Of a stretch of 64,000 nt of DNA, positions 32,452 to 45,700 are shown piece after piece. This DNA comes from Alphaproteobacteria bacterium (GTDB taxonomy: Bacteria; Pseudomonadota; Alphaproteobacteria; UBA9219; RFNS01). The stretch covers positions 1,443,103-1,507,102 of the forward strand of contig JBBCGY010000001.1 of NCBI GenBank assembly GCA_037200005.1, read 5' to 3'. Below the pieces are notes generated by a model. That model saw only the letters and a list, made by a program, of their open reading frames with translations. It made no database searches and was not told the origin of the DNA. The stretch's first letter is position 1. The number at the start of each line of letters is the position of its first letter. The translations under genes were made by a program, and so were the position numbers.

Positions 32452-32772
32452 TTAATTTGTGTCTTTGTCCTCGCTGCCGGACAAATGCAATTCAGGAAGC
32501 ATGTGAACATGCAGAACCCGCACAACCAAAAGCAGATCGTGCTCGGTCAATCGATAATAAACCATGTGCATATTCTGCCGAATCCGCCAATAGGGCGGCA
32601 ATTGCGGATAAGGGCGGCCACAATCAGGCTTTTCAGCGAGACGCTGAAAGCAGACATTCAGTTCTCGCAAATAACGGCGTTCCTGCTCGCGCCCCCATTT
32701 TTTGCGGGTATAGCGGCCAATGCCGCGCAAATCCGCGGAAGCGGCCTTGGTCGGCCGGAAACGGCGCATCAA
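32452..32772 (-). CDS. parE: ParE/RelE-family type II toxin
   Basis: FRPTKAASADLRGIGRYTRKKWGREQERRYLRELNVCFQRLAEKPDCGRP...MVYYRLTEHDLLLVVRVLHVHM is a typical ParE. Overlaps the antitoxin stop by 4 nt. Confidence 0.85.
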   Translation of the reverse strand: MMRRFRPTKAASADLRGIGRYTRKKWGREQERRYLRELNVCFQRLAEKPDCGRPYPQLPPYWRIRQNMHMVYYRLTEHDLLLVVRVLHVHMLPELHLSGSEDKDTN

Positions 32773-33002
32773 TCCGGCTCGGCATCAAGCTCGGCGATAA
32801 GGCTTTCGATGCTGAAGTCCTCGTCAATGCCGCTTTTTTCGCCTTCCTCAAGCGCGGCGCGCAGCTTGGCGAGCTTGGCGTTGTATCGCCGCACGGCGGC
32901 GTCCAGGAGCTCGACGGCCACGGAGTCAGGCTCGCGCCCGGCATCATGGGCAAGAGCCGCAACCTGCCGTTCAAGTTCGGGCGAAGAAATGTGAAGCGTC
33001 AT
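32769..33002 (-). CDS. parD: ParD-family antitoxin
   Basis: 77 aa, immediately upstream of and overlapping parE. The C-terminal LRAALEEGEKSGIDEDFSIESLIAELD matches the ParD (COG3609-like) pattern. Confidence 0.75.
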   Translation of the reverse strand: MTLHISSPELERQVAALAHDAGREPDSVAVELLDAAVRRYNAKLAKLRAALEEGEKSGIDEDFSIESLIAELDAEPD

Positions 33003-33083
33003 GGCAAACTCTTAGCGATTTCGGGAATTATGCCACAAAATGGGGCGTAAAACAATCGGGTTGGACAACGCTTGGCGATCGTT

Positions 33084-33157
33084 CAACCTCGCCGCCGAAT
33101 TCGGCAGCGGCTCATGGATCGAGCGGATGCAGCACTGGATTAAGCAGAATATTTAAA
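33084..33157 (+). repeat. 74-bp direct repeat, copy 2 (orphan duplicate of the ftsA 3' end)
   Basis: 73/74 identical to 32361-32434. Upstream flank is unrelated to ftsA. Confidence 0.95.
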
Positions 33158-33164
33158 CGCCCGC

Positions 33165-33659
33165 CTAGACAGGATCGAGAGACTCGTCGCGCTTTACTCT
33201 GAAAAGCTTCGGCTTCAGCGGATCGCCAACCGACAGAAACACTTCGCCCATGGCGACGGGGCCGGCCTGGAATTCACATTTCGCCGCTCTTGTAGGGTCA
33301 AGCATCATATGAAGAAGGTCGGCTTTCGCATCTTGCAGCGTATTCGACTCGAGATACAGAGCTTGCCGCGAATAGCCCTGGCGGGTCGCCCATATGCCTA
33401 CGTCCGCGATCCTGGCCGTGCTCCATTTGCCGTCTTCGGCTGCAGCGCAGAAGCGGCCTTTTCTTTTCATCCTCAGCCGTCCCGTGGAGCCGATATCCTT
33501 GCGTAAAGCCTTCAGCGCCGCCTTCACCCCCCGCGACATTTCGATGGCCGCATATTTGGCGGCTTCGATGACAGTCGCTTCGGCAACGGCTTGCTGGAGG
33601 TCTTGAGAAACGATGGACCTGATAATAACCTGATCCGCTACCTGCATTGAAACCGGCAT
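33165..33659 (-). CDS. Hypothetical protein (164 aa), no recognisable domain
   Basis: Clean ORF between repeat copy 2 and ftsZ. Lower GC (about 55% by eye) than the neighbours. Confidence 0.5.
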   Translation of the reverse strand: MPVSMQVADQVIIRSIVSQDLQQAVAEATVIEAAKYAAIEMSRGVKAALKALRKDIGSTGRLRMKRKGRFCAAAEDGKWSTARIADVGIWATRQGYSRQALYLESNTLQDAKADLLHMMLDPTRAAKCEFQAGPVAMGEVFLSVGDPLKPKLFRVKRDESLDPV

Positions 33660-33919
33660 AAAAATTCTCCTTATTAAGATATCAATGGCGGGAAATTATC
33701 CCGCCACTTGCGGAACGTCAACATTCTGTTGGCGCAACCGCGAGAGCCTGCGGCCTTTCGGATATATTGGTTACGTCCAAAAGACGACCCCTTGGCAGAC
33801 GACCTTTTTCAGCCCAATGTCCCCTTCAAGCCCCTTGCCAGAATCAAGCAAAAGGATTCTAATCGCCGAATCGTTTTTTCGATTGTCCCTCTTGCTTTCT
33901 TACGTTCCAGGAGCGTCCC

Positions 33920-35593
33920 ATGGCCATTAATCTTTCCATCGCCGAAGCCGACAATATTCTGCGGCCGCGCATCACCGTCATGGGCGTCGGCGGCGCGGGC
34001 GGCAATGCCGTCAACAACATGATCCGCTCCCAGCTGGAAGGCTGCGATTTCGTCGCCGCCAACACCGACGCCCAGGCGCTCGCCAACTCGCTCGCGCCGC
34101 GCAAGCTGCAACTCGGCATCAACCAGACGCGCGGCCTCGGCGCGGGATCGAAGCCGGAAAGCGGCCGCGCCGCCGCCGAAGAGCAAATCGCCGACATCAT
34201 GGCCTGCCTCGAGCAGACCGACATGGTATTCGTCACCGCCGGCATGGGCGGCGGCACCGGCACCGGGGCGGCCCCCGTCATCGCCCGCGCGGCGCGCGAG
34301 ATGGGCATCCTGACCGTCGGCGTCGTGACCAGGCCGTTCGATTTCGAAGGCAACCGCCGCCGCCAGATGTCCGATATGGGCCTCGCCGATCTTCAGCAAT
34401 ATGTCGACACGCTGATCATCATCCCGAACCAGAACCTGTTCCGCATGGCGAACGAGAAGACGACGTTCGCCGACGCTTTCCGCATGGCCGACGAAGTCCT
34501 GCATTGCGGCGTGCGCGGCATCACCGACCTGATGGTCATGCCGGGCTTCATGAATCTCGATTTCGCCGACGTGAAAACCGTCATGGCGGAAATGGGCAAG
34601 GCGATGATGGGCACGGGCGAAGCGGAAGGCGATCACCGCGCGCTGCGCGCCGCCGAAGCCGCGATTTCCAACCCGCTGCTCGAAGACACGTCGATGAAGG
34701 GCGCCAAAGGCGTGCTCATCAACATCACCGGCGGCATGGATATGACGCTGTTCGAAGTCGATCAGGCCGCCAACCGCATCCGGGAAGAAGTCGATCCCGA
34801 CGCCCAGATCAAGGTCGGTTCGACCTTGAGCGAGGGGCTGAACGGCGTGATCCGGGTTTCGGTCATCGCCACCGGCATCGAAGCTCAAGCGATGCAGCAG
34901 CAATCGTCGCAGACCGGAGCCGGTCCCGGACTCATGGGCGGCTTGCGCTCGATGAACAGCACCCCCAACCCCGCCCCGGTTCCGCGCACCATCAGCCCGG
35001 TGGTTCAGGCCGCTACCGCCGCCAGCCGCCAGCCGGAGCCGGTGACGGCTCCCGCGCCGTTCCTGGCGACGCAGCAGAGAGCTTTCGCGCCGTCGCAAGC
35101 CTTCCAGCAGCACACTCAGCAGCCTCAAAACCCGCCGCAGTCCTTCACGGCTGGACGGACGGCCGAAACGCCCGCACCCGCCGCGCCTCAGGCGGCAGCG
35201 CAACCCGCCGCGCTGCGCGGCCAGCAGATCGGCAATCAGTTCGTCGCGCCCCGTCCGATGGAAACGCCCCGTTCGGTTACGGCTTCCGCGCCGCAGACGG
35301 CTCCGGCAGCAGCCCCGGCCGCCGCGCGGACACAGCCTGCCCTGCATACGATTCCGGTCGAAGCCGACAAGCCCGGCCATTCGCGGAATCCGAACGCCAA
35401 GCGCGCCGAAAACCTGTTCACCCGCATTACCGGTTTCGGTATCGCGCGTCCGTCGAACGAAGAGGAAACGACCGCCATGGCCGCGCAGCCGCAACTCAAC
35501 GTTAACCCCTCCGACCGTCAGGCCATTATTCAGGACGAGGAAGACAATCTGTCAGAAATCCCCGCCTTCCTGCGGCGGCAGACCAATCACTAA
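33920..35593 (+). CDS. ftsZ: Cell division protein FtsZ (long alphaproteobacterial linker)
   Basis: [35 protein letters not shown]. Long P/Q/A-rich linker and the conserved C-terminal peptide ([11 protein letters not shown]). Confidence 0.97.
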   Translation: MAINLSIAEADNILRPRITVMGVGGAGGNAVNNMIRSQLEGCDFVAANTDAQALANSLAPRKLQLGINQTRGLGAGSKPESGRAAAEEQIADIMACLEQTDMVFVTAGMGGGTGTGAAPVIARAAREMGILTVGVVTRPFDFEGNRRRQMSDMGLADLQQYVDTLIIIPNQNLFRMANEKTTFADAFRMADEVLHCGVRGITDLMVMPGFMNLDFADVKTVMAEMGKAMMGTGEAEGDHRALRAAEAAISNPLLEDTSMKGAKGVLINITGGMDMTLFEVDQAANRIREEVDPDAQIKVGSTLSEGLNGVIRVSVIATGIEAQAMQQQSSQTGAGPGLMGGLRSMNSTPNPAPVPRTISPVVQAATAASRQPEPVTAPAPFLATQQRAFAPSQAFQQHTQQPQNPPQSFTAGRTAETPAPAAPQAAAQPAALRGQQIGNQFVAPRPMETPRSVTASAPQTAPAAAPAAARTQPALHTIPVEADKPGHSRNPNAKRAENLFTRITGFGIARPSNEEETTAMAAQPQLNVNPSDRQAIIQDEEDNLSEIPAFLRRQTNH

Positions 35594-35617
35594 GCATCCG
35601 TAAGCTTGAAAAAAATT

Positions 35618-35650
35618 AGAGCCGCTCTCTTCCGAGAGCGGCTTTTTTTA
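35618..35650 (+). terminator. Rho-independent terminator after ftsZ
   Basis: GCCGCTCTC-ttcc-GAGAGCGGC followed by TTTTTTT. Confidence 0.85.
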
Positions 35651-35838
35651 TCCCCTCGATGGCGAAACGGGCCACGATTAATTGTGTTATAAAAATCAAT
35701 GAATTACATGCGTTCTTTGGGTCTGGATGACCTGAACAGATAATATTTACAAAATCTTCTCCTTCCCCGCGACGGTAATCCTGTCCCTGCCGCGTTATAC
35801 ATGCATATAGGGTTTTCGCTCTATTGCTCTCAGACTTT

Positions 35839-35872
35839 AGAGCGCCGGTTAATCCCGGCGCTCTTTTTTTTG
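35839..35872 (+). terminator. Second, orphan rho-independent terminator in the ftsZ-lpxC spacer
   Basis: AGAGCGCCGG-ttaatc-CCGGCGCTCT followed by T8. No annotated ORF ends here. Confidence 0.7.
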
Positions 35873-36133
35873 TCAAAATCATTATATATCAATGCGTTGT
35901 CTTAATGTAACATCAGGTAATAAAGGTTGATTTTGCATTTGCGGCAATGATTGTTAAAAAGATCAAGCCATTGATTCGCAATTGTTTTCGAGAATGCGGG
36001 TTTGCGGCGGTCAAGCGGGTCTTCCCGGCTTGGTCTTCTGAAGCCATAAACCCGGTGATATGACGTGACCCCTCTCGACACTATACCCTTCGTTGCCCGC
36101 CGCCAGGATAACTTCCGGCCCCTGCCCCTGGTG

Positions 36134-37027
36134 ATGCAGAACACGCTGCGCGGCACCGCGCAATGCACCGGCGTTGGCGTCCATAGCGGCGAGATCGTCA
36201 CCCTCAAGCTTCATCCCGCCCCAGCCGACCACGGCATCGTTTTCGTGCGGACGGATTTGCCCGCCGGACAGAACACCATTCCCGCGACGTGGGACAGCGT
36301 CATGGACACCAGGCTTTGCACCGTCATCGGCAACGCCACGGGCGCCACCGTCGGCACGGTCGAGCATTTGCTGGCCGCCATGCGCGCCATGGATATCGAC
36401 AACGCGCTGGTCGAGATCGACGGCGCCGAAGTGCCGATCATGGACGGCAGTTCCGCGCCTTTCGTCTTTTTGATCGAAATGGCCGGCATCATCGAACAGG
36501 ACGAGCCGCGCCAGTGGATCGAGATTCTCAAGCCGGTTCAGGTCGATCTTGACGGCAAGCGCGCCGCGCTCGTGCCCGGCGACCAGTCCGTCTTCAATGT
36601 CGAAATATTATTCAAATCCCCCGTGATCGACCGCCAGAGCTATGATTTCGCCGTATCGCCCGCCGGTTTCAAAGGCGAGATCAGCCGGGCCCGCACCTTC
36701 GGCTTCCTGGAAGAAGTCGATCAGTTGCGGAAAATGGGCTTGGCGCGCGGCGGCTCGCTGCATAACGCCATCGTCATCAACGGCGACAAGATCATGAATG
36801 AAGACGGCTTGCGCTATCATGACGAGTTCGTCCGCCATAAATTGCTCGACGCGATCGGCGATCTCAGCCTCGCGGGCGCGCCGATTCTCGGCTCGTTCGA
36901 GGGCTATTGCACCGGCCACGCGCTGAACAACAAGCTGCTGCGGGCGCTGTTCGCCGACGCAAGCGCCTGGCGCATGGTCACGCGCCCCAACATGGATGCC
37001 CAAACCGATCTGGCGGCGACAGGTTGA
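36134..37027 (+). CDS. lpxC: UDP-3-O-acyl-N-acetylglucosamine deacetylase
   Basis: MQNTLRGTAQCTGVGVHSG..., GTVEHLLAAM, HKLLDAIGDL. ORF opens at 36065. Confidence 0.95.
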   Translation: MQNTLRGTAQCTGVGVHSGEIVTLKLHPAPADHGIVFVRTDLPAGQNTIPATWDSVMDTRLCTVIGNATGATVGTVEHLLAAMRAMDIDNALVEIDGAEVPIMDGSSAPFVFLIEMAGIIEQDEPRQWIEILKPVQVDLDGKRAALVPGDQSVFNVEILFKSPVIDRQSYDFAVSPAGFKGEISRARTFGFLEEVDQLRKMGLARGGSLHNAIVINGDKIMNEDGLRYHDEFVRHKLLDAIGDLSLAGAPILGSFEGYCTGHALNNKLLRALFADASAWRMVTRPNMDAQTDLAATG

Positions 37028-37079
37028 AAACCTTCTCTTGATGTGCTGTAACCTCCCCTGATGTTTGGGGTATAGGTTT

Positions 37080-37907
37080 ATGGGATCATCACCGGGTTAC
37101 AGGCTTTCGCGCGCGGGCATGGTGCTTTTGGCGGCCCTCTGCCTCGCTGCGTGCAGCGGCGACAAAGACAAGGACAAAGACGTCGAAAAGCCCGTCGATG
37201 AGCTTTACAACGACGCCGCCAAGCAGCTGGAAGACGGCGACTACAAAAAATCCGCCAGTCTCTTTGAAGAAGTCGAACGGCAATATCCCTACTCGCAATG
37301 GGCGACGCGGGCGCAGCTTATGGCCGCCTTCGCCCAATATGAGGGGCAGGATTACGACGCCTCGGTCGCCACGCTGGACCGCTTCATCCAGCTTCATCCC
37401 GGCAATCCCCAGATCGATTACGCCTATTACCTTCGCGCCCTCGATTACTATGAGCGCGTCGCCGATGTCGCGCGCGACCAGAACTATACCCGCGAGGCGG
37501 AAAAAGCCCTGCAAGATATCGTGTCCCGCTTTCCCGACACGGCCTACGCCCGCGACGCCATCGTCAAAATCTCGCTGATCCAGGACCAGCTGGCGGGCGC
37601 GGAGATGGAAGTCGGACGCTACTACATCAAACAAAAAATCTATAATGCGGCGCTGTCGCGCTTTCAGAATGTTGTTGAAAAATACCAGACGACAAGCCAT
37701 GTTCCCGAAGCGTTGCACCGCATGGTGGAATGCTATCTCGGCCTCGGCATCAAGAAAGAGGCTCAGGCGACGGCGGCCGTTCTCGGCTATAACTTCCCCG
37801 GAAGCCCGTGGTATCAATACAGCTACGATTTGCTCGACGGAGAAAAGCTCACGCCGCAGCCAAGTCACGAAAGTTGGATCGGGCGCGCATGGCGCCGGGT
37901 TCTTTGA
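37080..37907 (+). CDS. bamD: Outer membrane protein assembly factor BamD (lipoprotein)
   Basis: Lipobox LAAC|S. TPR-like YNDAAKQLEDGDYKKSASLFEEVERQYPYSQWA... RFPDTAYARDA. Confidence 0.9.
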   Translation: MGSSPGYRLSRAGMVLLAALCLAACSGDKDKDKDVEKPVDELYNDAAKQLEDGDYKKSASLFEEVERQYPYSQWATRAQLMAAFAQYEGQDYDASVATLDRFIQLHPGNPQIDYAYYLRALDYYERVADVARDQNYTREAEKALQDIVSRFPDTAYARDAIVKISLIQDQLAGAEMEVGRYYIKQKIYNAALSRFQNVVEKYQTTSHVPEALHRMVECYLGLGIKKEAQATAAVLGYNFPGSPWYQYSYDLLDGEKLTPQPSHESWIGRAWRRVL

Positions 37908-37931
37908 AAACAGCTTAAGGAATCATCCGTC

Positions 37932-38531
37932 ATGGGCCCCTGGGATATCGTTTTTCTGGTCATCATTCTCTTCACCCTGGTGTGCCTCAGCTACTTCTAT
38001 TACGAGCGCAAGACAGGCGTGCCGACATTCCCGACCATGCCCGCCATGCGGAATAAGGTCATCGAGGTCCTGAGAAAGGAAATGGCGGCGCGTCCGGGCC
38101 AGCCATTCACCGTCATCGATCTCGGTTCGGGCAGCGGCCAGGCCACCTGGCATATCGCCAAGGCCCTCCCCGAAGCCCAGATCATCGGCATCGAACTGTC
38201 ATTCGTCCCCTGGCTGCGCTCGGTCATCCGCCAGAAGCTGTTCGGCCCCGCGAATCTCGAATACAAGCGCGTCGATTTCCTGACCTATGACATTTCGCAG
38301 GTCGACGCCGTATTCATGTATCTGGTCGGCAAGATCATGGAGCGCGTCAGCGCGAAATTGCGCGCCGAGCTTAAGCCGGGCGCGCTGGCCATTTCCAATA
38401 AATTCCCCCTGCCCGGCTGGGAACCCTATGATACCGCCGTTCCGCAGACCCTTTATAAGACGGTCATGCTGCTTTACCGGCAGGGCGGACAGACGAGGCA
38501 GGAACCGGAAAGAACCTTGCAGGCGGGGTAA
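37932..38531 (+). CDS. Membrane-anchored class I SAM-dependent methyltransferase
   Basis: N-terminal TM (IVFLVIILFTLVCLSYFYY) and SAM motif I VIDLGSGSGQ. Confidence 0.75.
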   Translation: MGPWDIVFLVIILFTLVCLSYFYYERKTGVPTFPTMPAMRNKVIEVLRKEMAARPGQPFTVIDLGSGSGQATWHIAKALPEAQIIGIELSFVPWLRSVIRQKLFGPANLEYKRVDFLTYDISQVDAVFMYLVGKIMERVSAKLRAELKPGALAISNKFPLPGWEPYDTAVPQTLYKTVMLLYRQGGQTRQEPERTLQAG

Positions 38532-38606
38532 AAAGCGTCTCGTTCCGCGCCTGCCGTTCCGCACAACCGATTTCCTCCCGGGAAAAAATGGTTTAGCATT
38601 GATCCC

Positions 38607-42403
<3,797 letters not shown>

Positions 42404-42406
42404 CGA

Positions 42407-44191
42407 TTACAGGCTTTCGGTCGCCTGCATCAACCAGTGTTTGGCATCGCCATTGAGCTGGCCCGCGATTTCCGCCCTGACCCTGGCGTGATAATCATTG
42501 ATCCAGTCGATTTCCGCCACCGTCAGGAAGCCCGGCAACAATAAATTCCGGTCCAGCGGCGCGAGCGTCAAAGTCTCGAAGCCCAGCATCGCCTGCTCGC
42601 CGCCTTCCGGCATCGAAGCCTCCGTGACCAGCATCAGATTCTCGAACCGGATGCCATAGGCGCCGGGCTTGTGATAACCCGGCTCGTTCGACAGCACCAT
42701 GCCGGGCTGCAAGGCGACATCGCCGCGCTGGCCGCGCGAGATGCCCTGCGGCCCTTCATGAACGCTGAGATAGCTGCCGACGCCGTGGCCGGTGCCGTAG
42801 CCGTAATCCACGCCCGCCGCCCATAGATATTGCCGCGCCAGAACGTCAAGCTCCCCGCCGCGCGTCCCCGGCGGAAACCGCGCCGATGCCAGGGCAATGT
42901 GCCCCTTGAGCACGCGGGTATAACGGTCGCGCATCTCGTCGCTTGGATTCCCTATGGCGACCGTGCGAGTCACGTCGGTCGTGCCGTCGAGATATTGCCC
43001 GCCGCTGTCGAGCAGCAATAATTCTCCGGCCTGCAATTTGCGGTCGGTCGCCGCCGTCGCGCAGTAATGAGCGAGAGCGCCGTGCGGGCCGCTTCCGGCG
43101 ATGGTGGAGAAGCTCGGCCCGCGGAAAAGATTCTGCGCCGCGCGGTATTCCTCTAGAACCTCGTCCACCTGCAATTCGCTGACGCTGCCCGGCGGCTGCG
43201 CCGCGAGCCAGCCGAGGAACTTCGTCAAAGCCGCGCCGTCGCGGCGGTGAGCGTTGCGCATGCCCGCCTGCTCCACGGCGTTCTTGCAGGCGCGCGGCAG
43301 CAGGCATGGATCGTCGGCATGAACCGGTTTCGCGCCCGCCTGCTCCAGCCGCTGAACGATCCATGCGGCGCACAGCCCGAGATCGACTTCCACCTCGGCC
43401 GCCTGCGCGCCAAGCTCGTCCAGCGCGGCGCCGAACGCCGCTATGGGCTTGACGCGCACGGCGTCGCCCAGATGCGCGGCAAGCTCCGGCGTCAGCTTGC
43501 GCCCGTCTACGAACCAGTCCGCCGCGGCATCCGCGTGAAGGATGGCGAAGCTGAGCGGCAAGGGGATGTGCGGCACGTCGCCGCCGCGAATATTGAGCAG
43601 CCATGCCACGGAGGCCGGGTCGGTGAGCATCGCGGCGGCGCGTTTTCTTCCCTGCAATGCGGCGGCGAGAGCCTGGCGCTTTTCCTCGGCGCTTCGGCCC
43701 GCGAATTCGATGCCATGCGGCACGACAGGCGCAAGCGGCGGGGCTGGACGCTCTTTCCAGATCGCATCGACGGGATTGCCATCGAGCGCCACGAGGCCCG
43801 CGCCGGCCTTGGCGACGGCCTTCTGCAGCCGTTCCACGGCGCGGGGCGTATGCAGCCATGGATCATAGCCGAATTTGTCTCCGGCCTTCAGATTTTCCGC
43901 CAGCCATTCGCCCGGCGATTTCTTCGCCCCGTCGAATTGCGCGAAAAGCTCTGGCGAAACCTCTCCTCCGGCCTGCAAGGTATAGCGGCTGTCGGTGAAA
44001 AACGCCGCGCGATCCTGCAGCATGATGGCCGTTCCCGCCGAACCCGTGAAGCCTGTCACGAACTCCACCCGGCGGGCCGAAACGGGCACATATTCATTTT
44101 GAAACTCGTCGGCCATGGGCACGATGAATCCATCGACGCCCCGCCGCGCGAGTTCATCCCTCAACAGTCTAAGTTTTGCGTCGTTTGACAT
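42407..44191 (-). CDS. M24-family Xaa-Pro aminopeptidase (three-domain type)
   Basis: LLLDSGGQYLDGTTDVTRT, GHGVGSYLSVHE, SNEPGYH, FENL metal-ligand blocks. Confidence 0.85.
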   Translation of the reverse strand: MSNDAKLRLLRDELARRGVDGFIVPMADEFQNEYVPVSARRVEFVTGFTGSAGTAIMLQDRAAFFTDSRYTLQAGGEVSPELFAQFDGAKKSPGEWLAENLKAGDKFGYDPWLHTPRAVERLQKAVAKAGAGLVALDGNPVDAIWKERPAPPLAPVVPHGIEFAGRSAEEKRQALAAALQGRKRAAAMLTDPASVAWLLNIRGGDVPHIPLPLSFAILHADAAADWFVDGRKLTPELAAHLGDAVRVKPIAAFGAALDELGAQAAEVEVDLGLCAAWIVQRLEQAGAKPVHADDPCLLPRACKNAVEQAGMRNAHRRDGAALTKFLGWLAAQPPGSVSELQVDEVLEEYRAAQNLFRGPSFSTIAGSGPHGALAHYCATAATDRKLQAGELLLLDSGGQYLDGTTDVTRTVAIGNPSDEMRDRYTRVLKGHIALASARFPPGTRGGELDVLARQYLWAAGVDYGYGTGHGVGSYLSVHEGPQGISRGQRGDVALQPGMVLSNEPGYHKPGAYGIRFENLMLVTEASMPEGGEQAMLGFETLTLAPLDRNLLLPGFLTVAEIDWINDYHARVRAEIAGQLNGDAKHWLMQATESL

Positions 44192-45074
44192 CTGACATCT
44201 GTCTTTTGATAAGCATCAACGCCGACCATTCACCGCAATGGATTGTCTTGACCAGGTGCAGCCGTTTCATCGCGTGGGCAGATTGCACCATCACCGCCTG
44301 GCTTTGCAACAGGCCGGAAAGAATCGCCACCCCGCCGGGGGCGAGATGCTGCCGCAGGTCGGCGGCGAGCAGCATCAGGGGCCGGGCGAAAATATTCGCG
44401 ACGATGAGATCGTAGGGCGCTCGCGCGCCGACCGCCCGCGCGCCATAGCCCGCCCCGTGAACGGTTTCGACATAATTCTCGAGGCCATTGACCCGCGCAT
44501 TATGCCGCGTCATGCGGACGCTTTCGGCATCGTTATCGACCGCCAGAACCTTGCAATGCGCCAGACGGGCCAGAGCGAGCGCCAGAATGCCCGATCCGCA
44601 GCCGAGATCGAGCGCACGGCGCGGGCGCTTGCGGCGCAGATAATCCTGGATCAGCAAAAGGCACATCTGCGTCGACGGATGCTCGCCGGTGCCGAAGGCC
44701 GTCGCTGCTTCGATTTCAAGGCTTGGAACATGATGCGGGATTTTTCCGGCGTCATGACGGCCATGGATGACCAGCCGCCCGATGGCGCGCGGCGGATTCT
44801 CCATCGCGACTTTCTTCAGCCAGTCTTCCTGCGGAACCGGCTCGACGGTTAAATCCGGCCTCGCCGCCGCGACAACAGCGCGTAACTTGGCGCGCCATTC
44901 TTCCGCGTCGGGCTTCTCGCCGAAAATCGCCTCGACCCGGCAATCGGCATGGCGCGGCGGATTCATCACCGTGACCGCCAGCGCCTCATCCTCGAACAGC
45001 GCGCTCAAGGCTTCGGCCTGCGCGGCGGGAGCCGTCACGATGATACGCCATAATCCGGATTCCACTGCACGCAC
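44169..45074 (-). CDS. prmA: Ribosomal protein L11 methyltransferase
   Basis: FGTGEHPSTQMCL, ALDLGCGSGILA. GTG start. Confidence 0.85.
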   Translation of the reverse strand: MRAVESGLWRIIVTAPAAQAEALSALFEDEALAVTVMNPPRHADCRVEAIFGEKPDAEEWRAKLRAVVAAARPDLTVEPVPQEDWLKKVAMENPPRAIGRLVIHGRHDAGKIPHHVPSLEIEAATAFGTGEHPSTQMCLLLIQDYLRRKRPRRALDLGCGSGILALALARLAHCKVLAVDNDAESVRMTRHNARVNGLENYVETVHGAGYGARAVGARAPYDLIVANIFARPLMLLAADLRQHLAPGGVAILSGLLQSQAVMVQSAHAMKRLHLVKTIHCGEWSALMLIKRQMSDVKRRKT

Positions 45075-45153
45075 CCATTCCCGACGATGAAACTATTGTT
45101 CCGCTTGCCTCAAGGCCATGCGGCGTTTTATCATATTTTCCTTATGAAGAAGC

Positions 45154-45405
45154 ATGAAAATGAGCAAAGTAATATTTAGAGTATCCGATAGAGGGAAAAA
45201 ATTTCTTGGCCTTAGGCAACTCGATATTGTCTATGAAGGGAATTCCTATATCGAAGTCATGCAAAAGGCTTTAGGGAAAGCTTTATGCAAAAAACTGGCC
45301 GATCGAGACGGCCCTTCGCCAAAAGAGCCGGAAAAGCCGGTGCTGCTCAATTATGGCCGTATTATCGGCAATTACAGGATCGGAACGGTCAAATTCGAGC
45401 CTTAA
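45154..45405 (+). CDS. Hypothetical small protein (83 aa), low GC
   Basis: ORF in a clearly AT-richer patch. No recognisable motif. Confidence 0.4.
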   Translation: MKMSKVIFRVSDRGKKFLGLRQLDIVYEGNSYIEVMQKALGKALCKKLADRDGPSPKEPEKPVLLNYGRIIGNYRIGTVKFEP

Positions 45406-45418
45406 GAACGGGAATATC

Positions 45419-45691
45419 ATGAAGAAATTTACCTATATGCCTTCGGCAGAGGCCTGCGCGCTGTTCGCCACCGAGAAAGGCAAATACACCAGACCCACGG
45501 CACGGCAAGCCCTTGCCGCCGGTATCGGCGATGCCAATGTTGCATCCCATATAAGCCGGGAAACGCTGGAGCGCATGGAAAGCACCGACGCGCCCGCCGT
45601 CTGGCAGGTAACGATACCCGCGCCCGATCCCGCGGCTCAAGGCAAAACCGTGACCTTGGGACGCCTATCGATCGGCTGCCAGCCGGGTTAG
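45419..45691 (+). CDS. Hypothetical small protein (90 aa)
   Basis: ATG 45419 lies 14 nt after the previous stop. No recognisable motif. Confidence 0.4.
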   Translation: MKKFTYMPSAEACALFATEKGKYTRPTARQALAAGIGDANVASHISRETLERMESTDAPAVWQVTIPAPDPAAQGKTVTLGRLSIGCQPG

Positions 45692-45700
45692 AGCGCGATA

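Noticed and set aside
38542-38559. GTTC-N10-GTTC upstream of recN as a possible LexA box.
   Set aside because: The spacing is 10 nt, not the 7 nt of the alphaproteobacterial SOS box. Kept only as a note.
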